Shown here one piece after another: positions 37,804 to 50,668 of a stretch of DNA of 64,000 bases. Within the stretch, counting starts at the first letter, position 1. Every line of letters starts with the position of its first letter. The stretch is from Pelomyxa schiedti. Its lineage: Eukaryota > Protista > Evosea. The stretch is taken from positions 7,677-71,676 of the forward strand of contig JAHLWZ010000856.1 in assembly GCA_020536535.1 (NCBI GenBank). The letters are read 5' to 3'. The notes under the pieces are model-generated. The model was not told where the DNA came from and ran no database searches. It saw nothing but the letters and a program-made list of their open reading frames with translations. The translations under genes were made by a program, and so were the position numbers.

Positions 37804-39543
37804 ATGAGCACCACCACTCCGACACGTCTGTCACAAGAGTTCATTTCCGTGGCACGAGGGCGCCTCCTTCTGAACGACACAGCTGCCCTCATGGAGAGCA
37901 AGAGCTTCGTGGGAGTCATGGGGCCGCCAGGCGCCGGCAAGAGCACGCTCTGCACAGCGCTCGTCAACGCCGCATTTGGCACACATCTGTCCGCGTTCGA
38001 GGCAGCCAACTCCTTGGAGACATTCACCCGAGGAATTTGGATGCTGTCACTGGAATACCGGAGGTCGCTGGAGACCACCTCTGACTGGGAGCCGCTCGAC
38101 GTGGAGGGGTTCCAGTCGGACGACGAGGGCTGCTACAGGCTCACCATGGTCATGGCTTTGCTCTCAGAGGTGGTTGTGTTTTGCAACCGCAACCCACGGT
38201 ATGACGATCTGTTCAAAGCGGCCCGCACCCTTGCTTCTGGGCTCAAGTTATGTGAGCGTTTCTCTCTCAAGTCTCCAATAAAGATGGTTTTTGTGCAGCT
38301 GCGCCCCGGGGAGGAGACTGAGATCATCCAAAAACTCTTGGAAAAAGTGAAATCGCTCTTGCCAGAAGGAATACAAGTCCAAGTGTTCTTCCTACCAGAA
38401 CTCAGGGGGGTGTCCACCAATGCGGCTTTCTCACCGGAATTCATCGCAGCCACCAGAACCTTGGTCTCCATGTTTAAATTCGGTCCTTTAATTGCCGCTG
38501 CAGCCAAGAAAACCATGCTCGAGGAGATGATTCGAAATGTCAACAGCAACAGTGAAAATGAATGCAAAGAAACGGCCAAGAAGTTTTTTAGGCAGGACTG
38601 CGACAGGATCATGATGACCGTCAAGGCACAGGAGACGTTACTCCATACCAAAAGAGCAGTCGATCTGCATGTATGCTCTGGCGACACCACTCTTGCCCAG
38701 TATGTTGGCAACCCTGTATTCCCCACATCATATCACTTTGAAGAATCGCCCTACTACAGCAACGGCGCTTCCTCCATTGCCAACGACCTCGACGCGGAGT
38801 GCATCCCCCCCCTCCAGCTGGAACTGCAGGAAATATACAAGAAGCACTTTACCCTCAAAATGAATACGCTGAAAGTTGAACAAGAGGAAGAACGAAAGAG
38901 GCAAGAGGAAGAACGAAAGAGGCAAGCAGAAGAACAAAAGAGGCAAGAGGAAGCACGCAGCGTCATGGAGGCGGAGCGAATAAAGCGGAATGCCGCCGTA
39001 GAAGAAGCACGATTGAATTCACTAAAGGCACAGCTGGAAGCCAAAATCGAGGAGGCCATCACAGCAGGCAAGCGCAGAGCCTTGGCAGAGCTCTCGGCTG
39101 CAGACGTGCACCGGCCTCTGTGGGACCGCGTCCGCCTTTCGGCCTGGGATGACCTCATAAAGAACGAAAAGCTGCAAGCCGAGGCATTAGCCAGGACACA
39201 CGTTCGCCTTGCAAACCCGGGCTCCCGCTGGCACTCGTTCAGGGACTGGTACGAAGGCCAGAAGGACGTGATCAGAGTAAGGTGGGACACACAAATCCAA
39301 AACGCGAAGTGGCACGCGCCTGTAATGGCGTTCGGCGACATGCACTGCAACAACGGACACAGCCTGAACACCGCCGTATCGTGCGGTACATGTAATGGTG
39401 GGATCTATTGGGTTGATGGCCCACACTGTGTCATTGCCTGCCAGACCTGCGGAAGGCCCTGGATGACTGACCTTACTACAGTCTGTGGAAAGTGTGGTGC
39501 TGGTGCCAAATGCCGCATTCGTGAAAGCACCTATTTACCGTAA
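37804..39543 (+). CDS. Intronless GBP/atlastin-like (GB1/RHD3-type) GTPase with coiled coil and Cys-rich C-terminal domain
   Basis: 579-aa single ORF: VGVMGPPGAGKSTL, TFTRGIWM, LDVEGF, ALLSEVVVFCN; charged helical repeat QEEERKR; C-terminal CNNGH..CGTC..CQTC..CGKC. Confidence 0.8.
   Translation: MSTTTPTRLSQEFISVARGRLLLNDTAALMESKSFVGVMGPPGAGKSTLCTALVNAAFGTHLSAFEAANSLETFTRGIWMLSLEYRRSLETTSDWEPLDVEGFQSDDEGCYRLTMVMALLSEVVVFCNRNPRYDDLFKAARTLASGLKLCERFSLKSPIKMVFVQLRPGEETEIIQKLLEKVKSLLPEGIQVQVFFLPELRGVSTNAAFSPEFIAATRTLVSMFKFGPLIAAAAKKTMLEEMIRNVNSNSENECKETAKKFFRQDCDRIMMTVKAQETLLHTKRAVDLHVCSGDTTLAQYVGNPVFPTSYHFEESPYYSNGASSIANDLDAECIPPLQLELQEIYKKHFTLKMNTLKVEQEEERKRQEEERKRQAEEQKRQEEARSVMEAERIKRNAAVEEARLNSLKAQLEAKIEEAITAGKRRALAELSAADVHRPLWDRVRLSAWDDLIKNEKLQAEALARTHVRLANPGSRWHSFRDWYEGQKDVIRVRWDTQIQNAKWHAPVMAFGDMHCNNGHSLNTAVSCGTCNGGIYWVDGPHCVIACQTCGRPWMTDLTTVCGKCGAGAKCRIRESTYLP
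38881..38951 (+). repeat. Coding 21-bp tandem repeat (~3.4 copies) encoding QEEERKR
   Basis: caagaggaagaacgaaagagg x2, caagcagaagaacaaaagagg, then a partial copy. Confidence 0.85.
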
Positions 39544-40355
39544 CGGTTTTGGAAAAAAAGCACTTACTTTTTTTTTGGACGGTGGGTGTATCGGTATCTT
39601 GCAACGATCCAATCGCCCGCGATTTTTAATTACGCATCGGCTTATGGTGAAAACGAAGTGCAAAGAGCAACACAATGGCCGGTTGTGACACCAAAAAGAC
39701 GTCGACCACAATGAAGACGTACACATTCCGGGCACGATGCCTTTCTGTGCCACCAAAAGGCAACACTCATTTGCTGCATGTTGTTGGGTGTCTCATAGCG
39801 GACGCAATCATCACTATCGTTGGCACTGCCATAAGAGACATATCCGTCAGTTTCCACTTGTGGGGGCAGAGACTAACAGAAGTAAGAGGAACAGTGTACC
39901 AGCAGTACAGACAATGGAGGTGTTTGGCACGCCCAGCAACAGTAAAGTAGGTTCCAGTAATGATAGAGAAGGTTCCGGCTATGGTAAAGAAGTTGCCGGT
40001 AATTGTAGAGCCAGTTCAGGAAGGCGCTGCCCTACTCCTATTTGAATAGCACCAACAGAGATTACTACCACCACTATTCACGGCGCTATGATTATTATTG
40101 TACAAATAGTAATTCTGGGATACCATCGCACACTGTAGGAAAGTCAGGCCGCCTGGTAACTCCCTCCCTTTGGAAAGGTGCACTACACACCCACTTGCAC
40201 CCCTCCTCCCTCGTTCTCCCTCGTCTTTCGTCTCACCCACTCCACAATGTATTCATTGTCGTGGCTTGTGTGAAGATGGGGTGTTGTTCTCGGAAAAAAT
40301 TGAATCTTTTGTTACCAGAAAGGTTTTACAGTTAGATCAACGGTTTTTTTCCCCG

Positions 40356-41537
40356 ATGACTACGAAGGGAACCGCGGACTGGGTGCTGGTGCCCGGCATC
40401 TCATTCAAAGAACAAATTATGGCACTGATGATGTCGTCTCACGCACGGTGCGGGCGACTGAGCCCAGCCTCAGTCCTCACTGGGAGCGAAAACGCAGCCC
40501 TGCTGAGATCGATGGCCCAATCATGGTCGCACGGCTGGGTTGTGCTCCAGAACACGGAGTCCGTACTTGTGGGAGTATCACTGTCCACGCTCGGGGTTGT
40601 CTCCTGGACGAAACCGTGCAACATGCGCGGCGTCGTTTGGGTCGACAGCTCTCGCTGCTTCATTGCGACTAGTACAGGGGCTTATTTGATGAACCCAGTG
40701 ACTGACCAAAGGGTCGACGTGCCTGGGTATGTATTCTCGATCAAATACGAGTTCTGCGGCCGCTGGATTATCGATTATGGGAGGTGGATGGTGTGGAAGC
40801 TGGTTCCGGGAGGAGTGTGCGGGCCAAAGACTTTGAGGTGGATTGATGATGGCAGTGCTGGTGTTGTAGTTGACGCGGGTAATTTGGTTGGAATCAGAAC
40901 AGGAGCCGTGGGTAGGAGGAAGAAGAAGAAGAGCACGGTGCCGAGGGATGAGGGGTGGCGTTTCGGCCGCGTCGTGGGGGATGGGTTCTTTGATGTGTTT
41001 GGTAGAGACAGGGATGGGCTCACTGTGTTACACTTGGTTGACGCGGAGAGGGCGTATGAGACTGGGATAATGGCTCCTGTGGATTCCGTGAAGATTACAG
41101 CTCCCGAACACCTGGGCAGTGGAACACAAGGCCGCACTTATTGCTTCTGGGGATCAAAGCGAGTTGTTATTCCTCGTCTGAAAGAAGTTTTCCTGTATGA
41201 CCTGAACGCTGGGACGGTTATCCACAAGGAATCCACAAGCTATTCTTTATTGGATAACTTTTTCATTACATATAGCAAGCCTGATAGAACACTCCAGATG
41301 GAGGCATGGGACTTCAGAGGAGCCGGAGCTGCAACAGCCCCAACACTAATTACTATACCCTATGAGAGTGAGACCGTGTGCGTGGGAACTGCTGGTGACC
41401 TCATTGCAATTGAGGACAGTTCCAGGACTATAGTTGTCGAACCCTCCTCCGGTGTCATCGTATTCACTCTGTATCGAGACATGCCCCACCAACTGTACTC
41501 CTTCCTAACTCCCAAGGCCAAAACTCTTCGTTATTGA
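40356..41537 (+). CDS. Intronless hypothetical protein with N-terminal EQxxALxxxSHxRCGxxSPA motif and beta-rich (propeller-like) C-terminus
   Basis: Part of a 455-codon open frame (40170..41537); first ATG in good context at 40356; motif KEQIMALMMSSHARCGRLSPA. Confidence 0.7.
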   Translation: MTTKGTADWVLVPGISFKEQIMALMMSSHARCGRLSPASVLTGSENAALLRSMAQSWSHGWVVLQNTESVLVGVSLSTLGVVSWTKPCNMRGVVWVDSSRCFIATSTGAYLMNPVTDQRVDVPGYVFSIKYEFCGRWIIDYGRWMVWKLVPGGVCGPKTLRWIDDGSAGVVVDAGNLVGIRTGAVGRRKKKKSTVPRDEGWRFGRVVGDGFFDVFGRDRDGLTVLHLVDAERAYETGIMAPVDSVKITAPEHLGSGTQGRTYCFWGSKRVVIPRLKEVFLYDLNAGTVIHKESTSYSLLDNFFITYSKPDRTLQMEAWDFRGAGAATAPTLITIPYESETVCVGTAGDLIAIEDSSRTIVVEPSSGVIVFTLYRDMPHQLYSFLTPKAKTLRY

Positions 41538-41604
41538 GAACAATCCATGAATAGGAATATGTTTTTTTGGAATAGTCGCGAAAAATATTTATGGTTTTTT
41601 CCTA

Positions 41605-44600
41605 CTACATTTTACAGACACTGCTGCCTCCCTTCTCCCTCTCTTCCTCCTTGTTTGCTGATGATTTCCCCAGCAACCCAGTTAAGTTGGGAACAAGCCG
41701 TGATAGTCTGGTGGCTGGAGATGACTGGACCACCAGGCCCAGTACTCCACTTCCACCAGTGGTGGGAGTTGCGTTGGATAATGACGTGGTGCTGCTGCTT
41801 GTTTGTGAGGGGGTACCTGATGATGTGGTGGAGGTACCACTCGGTGATGTTGGCGCTGTGGTTGCTGCGGATGTGGATGCTGATGTGGCTGCTGATACAG
41901 TGGTTGGTGTGGGAGAGGTGGATAGGGTGGGACTAAGGGGGGTTTTTGGGGGTGTGAGTGCCCACACATACAACCTCTTGTCACTGCCTCCGCCATAAAT
42001 AGCCCCAGTGTCAGAGTGAACACAGAGTGCAGAGCCGTCAAGCCGGCGTAGGCAACGCTCGCTGTGCACATCCCAGAGCTTAATGACCTATGTGTGTTAG
42101 TGCGAGCCGAAACTTGCAGGACAATCCTACCTTGTCTTTACCACAAGATACAATTTTTACATCATCAAATGACAAACTGTACACTGGCGCCCCAGAGTAA
42201 AATGATTTTGTACATTGGAGGTGCTTTAAGTCCCAGCGATGAATGAAGCCGTCATTTCCCCCACTTATAAGTACATTATCCCCAGCAACATGGTTCAACG
42301 AAGTCACTTCACCCTTGTGGCCTTGTTTGTTGTTATTGTTGGATCGGTGAAGCCAGGTATAAAATAAAAGAATGCACCTCGGAGGCTTGACACAACATGG
42401 AAAGTGGGAGTGCGTGGATCCCAGAGTCTTACAACACCATCTTCATACCCAGAGGCAATCAAATCACCATGGAACGTGACAGTTAATGGTGACGCCTCTG
42501 TATTTCCTCTTAGTGTGGAAATTGTGGTTGCTGTCTGTAAGTCCCACAGAAGAAGAGTTCGGTCCTTGGAACCACTTACAAACCGTGTGCCATCAACAGA
42601 AAGGCATGTAACGATTTCCTTGTGTTTACCGACAATCTGTATGTGGTGACAAGGGGTTGAAGTTCATAATCGTACTTGGCAAAGTCCTTTGGTTTTGCAC
42701 CTGCTATCCAAGTACCATAGGCGGATGGTTTTATCTGCAGAACCGCTTTGTTTGCATTAGCTTGTAGTTACCCACCAATTCTCTGGGAAGGATACCTTAA
42801 CAGGGAATATCCTGCCGCTTCGGGAGTTATAAAATCTAGGCATGTCACTGTGCCACGATGTCCATGCAAGGTATTTATTCTCCGCCTTTTGTTAAGATCC
42901 CAAATCTGTACCTGGTCACAATTGATTTTGATGTCAGCAAACCTTGATGTTTTTATCAGCACTGCCAGTAAATATCAGTGGGTCCATGCCACCATTGCAC
43001 CGTAATGTTGTAATTGGCTTTTTATGGCCCTTGAACACTGCAGGCACAATTTCTTTTGTAGCCCAAGCATGTTGGTTACAGACATAGTTGGTAAACATAT
43101 TTTTCCATGACTTATCTGTGGAATTTAAGTGGGGCCATTGATAATGTCAGCCTAACCTTTGACAATAACGGTATTCCAGTAGTCAAGGCAGACAAGTTGC
43201 CATATGTTGTCATCTTTAAATACTTGCAACCAGGTTCGACAGACCTGGCTTGAATCAACATAAGAAAAGCAGTATGTAAGCTACCTGGGGAAGATGCCGT
43301 AAATCTGAGACTGTAAGGAACTTCAAGATTGTTACAATGACACTTGGTGGAAGATTTTCTAAGAGGAAGTGTGGACGGGATACGACTGAAATGGAAGCTG
43401 GTTGGCCGCCGAGATCGCCCGAAAGTGGTGAAGCGGGGTTTAGAGGCGGGGATGAAAACTTTGGGAAGGACAGCTGCATAACATCAAGTTGGTGTGAATG
43501 CGAGTGTTGTCGCTGGTGGGAATGAGAGCGTTGACGAGTGTGGGTATGATGCGTGCGTGGTTGTGGAGATGTCGGCTCTGAAGGCTGGATAGAGGGAACC
43601 GATGTGGAAGAGACAGTGGGTCCTTGCATTTCAACTCCACTCGTTGCTGGAGAGATGGAGAGCTCAAGATTTGAAAGGGAAAGGGCCGATTTTACGCGTT
43701 CCATTGTAAGGAAGGGATTCTTCAGGAGTTGTTGGGCAGTTGGTCTGAGTGTGGGATCTCTAAATAAACTTGTAAGTAAAATACTAAAACTACAACACTA
43801 CCGTTGTAGACAGGTATCAAGAAGTTGCTGCAACTGTGGCGACAAATGGGAAGGTATATGCAGAGGTGTTGTAGTATTACAGATGAAATGCATTGCTTGT
43901 GTAGGATCTATTTTCCACTTTCATTCAAAGATGTCGAGGGAAAGTGTGGAAAATAAACTTGGGAATTGCTGGCTCCAGGGTGGTTTACCAGTAACCATCT
44001 CCACAATTGTGCATGCCAAGCTCCAGATGTCAGCAGAGCTAGAGGGGTTTGAGAGACTGGCAGTTAGAGTAAACATACGGTCCATGGCCATTGGCAAGCA
44101 TTACTTCTGGTGCCTACCACATATTATTTGACAAAAGAGAAAGAAGACAGATAATATACCATCCAAAATGGAGTCCCTCGCACACTGTTTGGTTGAGATT
44201 GAGCAATAGTATCTACAGAAGAAAGTTGATTAAAATCTTGGTTGTTACATTTTTCTTATATACCTGTAATATTTCTGGAGCACCCAAAATCAGACAACTT
44301 CACATTCTCCCTCCCAACACCAGTGTCAAGTAAAATATTAGCACACTAAGGATTATTAGGTTGCTTGGGTAATCAGTCATGCCTTTATGTCCCTGTGTAG
44401 AATATTGTTCTCGTGAAGATATGCTAAGCCTTGTAGTAGTTGCTTTGTATAAGAGCGCACCATATTTTCAGAAAATGGACCAAACTTGGATAAAATGGAG
44501 CTGAGTGAACCGCCACCAACATACCTGTACTTGTAAGAAGAATTACGAGACAAAGTAAGAACATACTCCATAAAAATATTCAGCATCAAGCCATCGATCG

Positions 44601-47290
44601 TAGCCCCCAAATATTTGACAATATTTGGGTGCACAAGCTTTTTCATCAACTGGATCTCTTTGTCATAAGATTTCAGAAGCTAGTATGCATTAGCCCAGTT
44701 GCAGGCAAATTCAAAGTACCTGTTGTGCATTTTCATCAGATATATTCTCAATTTCAATTTGTTTCACAGCGAATATTTCTCCAGTATCTTTATTCATCCC
44801 TAGATACACAGTGCCGAAGCCACCCCTTCCAACCCGTTGCATTTTTTGCCAGTTTTGGGGTGTAGTTGTACACTTTGGTACAGTGTAGTTAACCTGCACT
44901 TTGGATTAGCGGGATACTTGTGACTTCTAACTTCCTTCAAATTACCTTAATTTCTGGGGCATCAACTCTTATTTCAAGTGGTAGTACTGAGGAGGTTACT
45001 TCCAGTTGAAAAGGAATTGGTGGAGGTGAGTGAGACATGGGAGACGGGGATAGTGATGGAGTTGGTAACGGAGATGGCTGTGGAGACGGTAAGGGAGAAA
45101 CTGGGGAATTTTCAGACATTGCCGCATGTTTTGGTGATGACGGGGGGGTTTTCTCTGCGTCTCTGCTGGAGGATTCCCTTAATACTGGGGGATCAAGTCG
45201 GGGTGGTGTTCGTGTATACTCTGGTGGGGTAGACTCCTCATCAAACTGCCCACTTTCAGAGGTGTCTTCATCTTCATTTTCTGTTCCGCTACTGGTGTCA
45301 CCTTCCGTGGTACTACTAATTTCAATTTCTCCTTCCTCACTTTTTTGAATCTCACTGTTACTGGAACTCTGTGCTTCACTACTTTCACTTTCAGAGCTGT
45401 CATTCTTGACGGATTCCTTGTAATCGTTCTTGTTACTGGAATTGTATACTGAAAGCTTTCTTTCAAGTTCTCCTCCAGAGCTACTTTCACTTCCTTTACT
45501 GTGCGTCTTCTTTTTTCTTGGATTGAAATTTTCATGTAGCCTCTGATAGTTTGCTGCTGGAGGAAATGAACCCAACTTATCCTCCGATTGGTAGGAGGCT
45601 GTTGGCGCACATGTACGCTGACGAGAAAGATGCATGGGTGTGGGTTGAAATGTACTTTGAATTTGAGAGGGAAAAGGGTCATGAACTTGGTCAGTTGGAT
45701 TACTTTTTCCTGGACGAAAGATTGAAAACTGGTCTGGAGGATTCCGAGCTCTCTTATTAGTGTCAGCTAATGGTGTCTGACCAAGTGCAATTTCATGGGG
45801 ATTGCTACCTTCGTGTGGTAATTTTATGGGAAGGGATTGTATTTGTGGTTGGGATGACTCAGTCGTGAAGTAACTTGAATTTGATACAAGAGTGAGTGGT
45901 GCTGGAAGTGATGATCTTAAAGAAAACTGCCGGTGGTTATGCTGTTCTTGTGGTGTGGAAGCTCGTTGATATTCCACTTCTGTTGGTGGAAATTGTGTAG
46001 GTTGCTGCGGTTGTGGTTGCTTAGGAGGTTGAAGTATGGCTGGTGATTGTGATTGGCTAGGAAGGGGTAATGGCGGAGGTGACAGAGGCAACTGGGGTTG
46101 GAATAATAAGGACTGGGGCTGTGAGGTGTGGTGTTTCTCGGAGTGGTGAGTTTTAGATGTGTGCTGAGTATGGTGGTGCTGGTGATGGTGGTGATTTTTC
46201 CTGTCACTCACACTAGGTGAGGAGATGGCCCGTGGCATTGAGTGTGCATTTGGAGACTGTGATCTGGATTGAGTGAAATTTTGCTGTTTCAAGGAAGATT
46301 GACACGAGTGTGGAGATGGCGAATTGGCTAAGCGCGTATCTCCCCTACTGTCACTTGTCACAATTGGAGGGTCTATATCTGTCCCACCCTCCCTGGGATA
46401 TCTATCTTCACGGGTGAAGTCTCGGTGAAGGGACCATGGTGAAGTGGTGGATGTGCGCCGGTAAAATTCTGCGGGATCTGATTCAGCACGATTTCTAATG
46501 TTGGGAAATTAATATGTAAAAAGTATGCCAAGCTCACTGCTACCTTGTTGGTGTTCGTTTAAGATATACCCTTAAAGCTGACACATCGTTTTTTCTCTTT
46601 CTAGCCTTTCTGTGAAGATACATTAGTACTGCCTCTTCGAGCCAAGAGCTCCCGGTACCAACAGTGACTATTTCGTGATCGTTATCTTCATACCTAGTCA
46701 AACAAAAATAAACCATAAATAACGAAATAGTAGCCTCAGATTTGTCCAGAAATAAAAGCAAAGAAAAAGAGAAAAAGAGCACAAGTTGAAAAAAGAAGGA
46801 AAAGGTACTGGTACACTGTCACTGGCTCCCCAAAGACACGGCACATTTGAGCCACAACGAATGCCTCGGACGCACCCTGTGATACGTGAATTACGTGTAT
46901 CACATTATCCAGGTAACACTTCAATCGGACCTGCGATCCCGTCGAATGGAGGTTATTCCCTACCCAGGATATAGTAATAATAATAAGATAATACAAACGT
47001 GTGGACTGTGTCCATTAGTGTTCGGTTTTATTTTGAGTTTTGGTTGGCAGAATGAATGCAACGTGTCACCCAAAATGAAAAGAAAGGAAGGAAGTTCCTC
47101 CTCCACACCATAATTTATCTGCCGGGCCTGGGTCTTGGTGTGAAGCAACGTCCAGGGGGTTTTATTGTCGTTCTTGTCCCCAGCAAGGATCCGGCCGTCC
47201 CTCCACTGAATGTCGTCGACAAGGGACACTCCTTTTTCTTCCTCTTTTTTCACCTTTGATTCGCCGTATTCCATCTCTTCACGGACCTTC
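41605..47290 (-). CDS. MAP3K with PB1-like N-terminus, STE11-type kinase, F-box and WD40 repeats (Dictyostelium MEKK-alpha-like)
   Basis: [59 protein letters not shown]; F-box [21 protein letters not shown]; several GH...WD repeats; PB1-like RLKCYLDN...[12 protein letters not shown]. The start is uncertain. Confidence 0.85.
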
Positions 47291-47458
47291 ATCAGTGTCT
47301 CCTCTGTGCAAGGCCACCCCAGGCTCCTCCGTCCAGTATTCCTCTGTCCTCTCAGCCGACAGGCCCAACTCCGACAGCATGCGCCGGACTCACGGCCTTC
47401 AGTCCCCAGATGATCAAACCAAGTTGTCTGTTGAGCAGACAAAACGAAAAGGGAAAAA

Positions 47459-48920
47459 ATGGGGTCAGTGGTGACGGGAGCGGTTGGTGTGTCTGTGCTC
47501 TTGGTCGTTGTTGCTGTTTTATTTGGTCTGAAGATCAAGTTTACGCCGGAGGTAGTTTTGTTCTGGAAATCTACACTTTTTTTTGGTTTTTTTTGTATTA
47601 CTTCCTTATTATTATTTGGTGCTGTCGTTGTTTTCCTATTTGTTTGGTTTTTAACCAGCAAAGTGCAGGTTTCTAGTGTTTGGATTCCTGGGGAGAACTA
47701 CTTTGAGGATCCATTGTCACAAACGCGGCATAGTTTCCCGGCACTGGTTGCTGGTCTTACTTCCTGTGGTTTTTCTTAATCTGATTGATTCTTTGCAAGG
47801 AAGCGGCCGTTCATCTCACTCTTCCCCGTCTTCTGTTTACCTCTCTGTGATTGTTCCAGCCTACAATGAACAAGTATGTTCCACATTGCCAACTGAATGT
47901 AATAATGCAGCGGGCGTGGCAATCACAAACGTAAATATAAAACGGGGATTGCATCACAACCCACACAGAAAAGGCTCCCAGCGATGCTGAACGAAACTAT
48001 AGCGTATCTTCATCACCGTGCTACTGTTGACCCATCGTTCACATACGAAATTATTATTGTGGATGACGGCAGCAAAGATAGTACCACCATGTGTGCCCAG
48101 AGTTACCTGCTGCCACAGGGATCGCCAGATTGTGATAAGAATCCCGAGTTACCTCTGCTCACAACAGAAAACTTTAGGGTTCTCAAGTTACTGAAAAATC
48201 GAGGAAAAGGAGGAGCCGTAAAGCGGGTGTGCACTGTCTTTGATCAGTTCATCTCATAAAGGTGACACAAAAGGGCATGCTCTGTGCTAGGGGCCAGTTG
48301 TTACTGATGGTGGATGCAGATGGTGCCACCAAATTTAGTGACTTGGAATCTTTGGAGAAACAACTCCAGCCTTTTGTATCTTCACACACTGCTGGCTTAG
48401 CAATAGGCTCACGGGCCCACATGCAAACGGAAACTGAAGTACAGGTACATGCTTATTAGTTTCCATTCAAAAGCTTATGAGAGATCTACTCAGCGCACAT
48501 TCATTCGAATGATTCTACAGAAGGGTTTCCATGCATTTGTGACTGTTATGTGCAGCTACGCTGGACACATAAAAGACACACAATGCGGCTTTAAGTTATT
48601 TACCAGAGAAGCTGCCGCATTACTATTTCCAAATCAACACATTGAGAGGTGAGTATTTCCAACCAAACAAAAACCACTTGACATTAGCATAGATGGGCAT
48701 TTGACATTGAGCTCATTTATCTTGCTTCCAAGCAGGGTGTTAAACTCTTTGAAGTGCCTGTCAACTGGCATGAAATTGATGGGTCAAAGTTAACGCCATT
48801 TGCATCTTCCGTTCAAGTACAGTTCTCTTTCTATGGACATTCATTCATCTTTTACAGATGGCACGAGACCTCTTGAGGATTCGACTTATGTACCTGTTTG
48901 GTTTATGGTCGATACAATAG
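47459..48920 (+). CDS. ALG5: Dolichyl-phosphate beta-glucosyltransferase
   Basis: N-terminal TM; [70 protein letters not shown]. Confidence 0.92.
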
Positions 48921-48986
48921 AGATCATTTATGTTGTTGGCCAAAAAAGGAAGTGCTGGAACAAAAAAAAGAAATCGTATTTCTAAC

Positions 48987-50668
48987 TCAAAGAAGTTTTA
49001 CATACTCAGCAGGCACAAATCCCTCTTTGTCACCCATCCTAGCATACCACCATCCACTATCATCCTGCTCAGTGATGAACAGGACATCGCCTTCCGAAAT
49101 AGCCATTTCCTTGTCATTGGTTGGAGTGTAGTCGTAGAGAGCCTGAGCCCTGGTACCCTCGGAATCACCTGATTCCTGTGTGTCTTCACTGTTCTCCTTG
49201 GGCTTTTCAGTCGTTTCTGCGGCGGGTGTTGCTGCTGGCTCGTCGTCATCTATCAGGTTCAGGATTAGTTATTTGTGGAAGTGTAACGTTTATGTACCAA
49301 ATGGATTGCTGCCAGGTACAACTGCAGCGGTTGCAGCAGGTGTGTTATCACGTTTTGGTTTTGGGGCCTCTTCACTCGTTGCTTCTGATGAGCGCTTGAA
49401 TAAGGGAGTGGTGCTGGCTGGTGCAGGAGCTGGGTCAGATGGCTTGCTGCTTCGGATTGATGGGGACCCAACACTTTTGGTGGTTCCGTCCCACGATTCA
49501 AACAAAATTGGCTCTGGAACGGATACACCAGTTGCATTTTGTTCACACCAGGAAGAGATATCTAAATTGTTACTAAGTGGTGAACCAGTAGGTAAAATGT
49601 GAACCTCCGGCAACAGAAATTGAATTGGCACCAGAATTAATATTCTGCATTGTCTTGTCCCATTTTTCTGGAAGCTTAATGGCATCCATGTTTTTAACGT
49701 ACTTGATGATGGTGTCTTTGACGAAAGTTATTCTTTCTTCCTACAGTTTTGAAGTCAGAGTTTATGATAACGGTCTCCAAAGTGCCTCAAATTGTTGGAA
49801 CTCTCTCAACGCGTTGGGCTGTTCTGTTTCATAGTGGGCAGCTTGCATTTCATTGCTTTTCCCAAGAACTTCTGTATACTTATCTTCTGCTGCTTTGGCT
49901 TTGTCCTGTTGGTAAAAGTTTTATTTTTTTTTCTCTAAATTAGGGAGGGAGATTACCTTTGCTTGTTGTAATTTTGTCTCCGCGTCTGTTTTGGCTTTGG
50001 CTTTCAGGGTTCCGTCAGCTTCCTTTTTAGTGAATGCTGTCTGCTGGGCATTAGCATCCTTCGTGAGTTTCACATAGTTCTCTTTGGTTTTTTTCAGTGT
50101 GTCAAGCTGGGTTTTCCAATCTTTCGTGATCTTGTGAGCATTGTGCATAAGGAGTTTTTGCTTTTTCTCTCGTTCTTTGACAAAAGTGTCCACTTCCTTG
50201 CTAAGGGCGATGAGCTGCTCCACAAATGGATTCTGGCACATGAAGACCCCTTCCATTTCCGTAACGAGTGCAGACATTGCGGCCTGAGGGTTAAATGATT
50301 AGTTGATTATTGCTACTGCGTTATTGACTCTGCACCTGTACTGTGAAATCAAGCAGGGGTAACTTCTTTTGTTTGAAAGTGGTACAAAGAGTACCCATTT
50401 TAGATAGGTATTCCTTGTGAAAGATAAGAACAGGGACAATAAAGTAAGAATAGGCACCTTTTGAATTTCCCTATGCAGATAAAATAAGCACACAAAACCG
50501 AAGCATCTTTAAAAAAAACAAAAAAAAAAGGCTGCAAAATAATTAAAAAACGTACGACAAGTGCTTGAAAAAAGAACCCAGTTGTTTCGTAGATCTCAGA
50601 GTCGCCAACGTGCGTTTGTCCAGGGTCTCAAACCCATCCAGCAACGTCTGCGGAAATCCCTTGCTCAT
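48987..50668 (-). CDS. F-BAR + SH3 protein
   Basis: N-terminal FPQTLLDGFETL and long coiled-coil exons; C-terminal SH3 ARALYDYTPTNDKEMAISEGDVL...DDSGWWYA...EGFVPAEYV. Confidence 0.85.

Noticed and set aside
38881-38951. Tandem repeats as a possible CRISPR-like array
   Set aside because: No spacers; in-frame coding repeat in a eukaryotic gene.
39544-40350. Short Cys-containing ORFs between the two intronless genes
   Set aside because: No supportable domain or splice structure.
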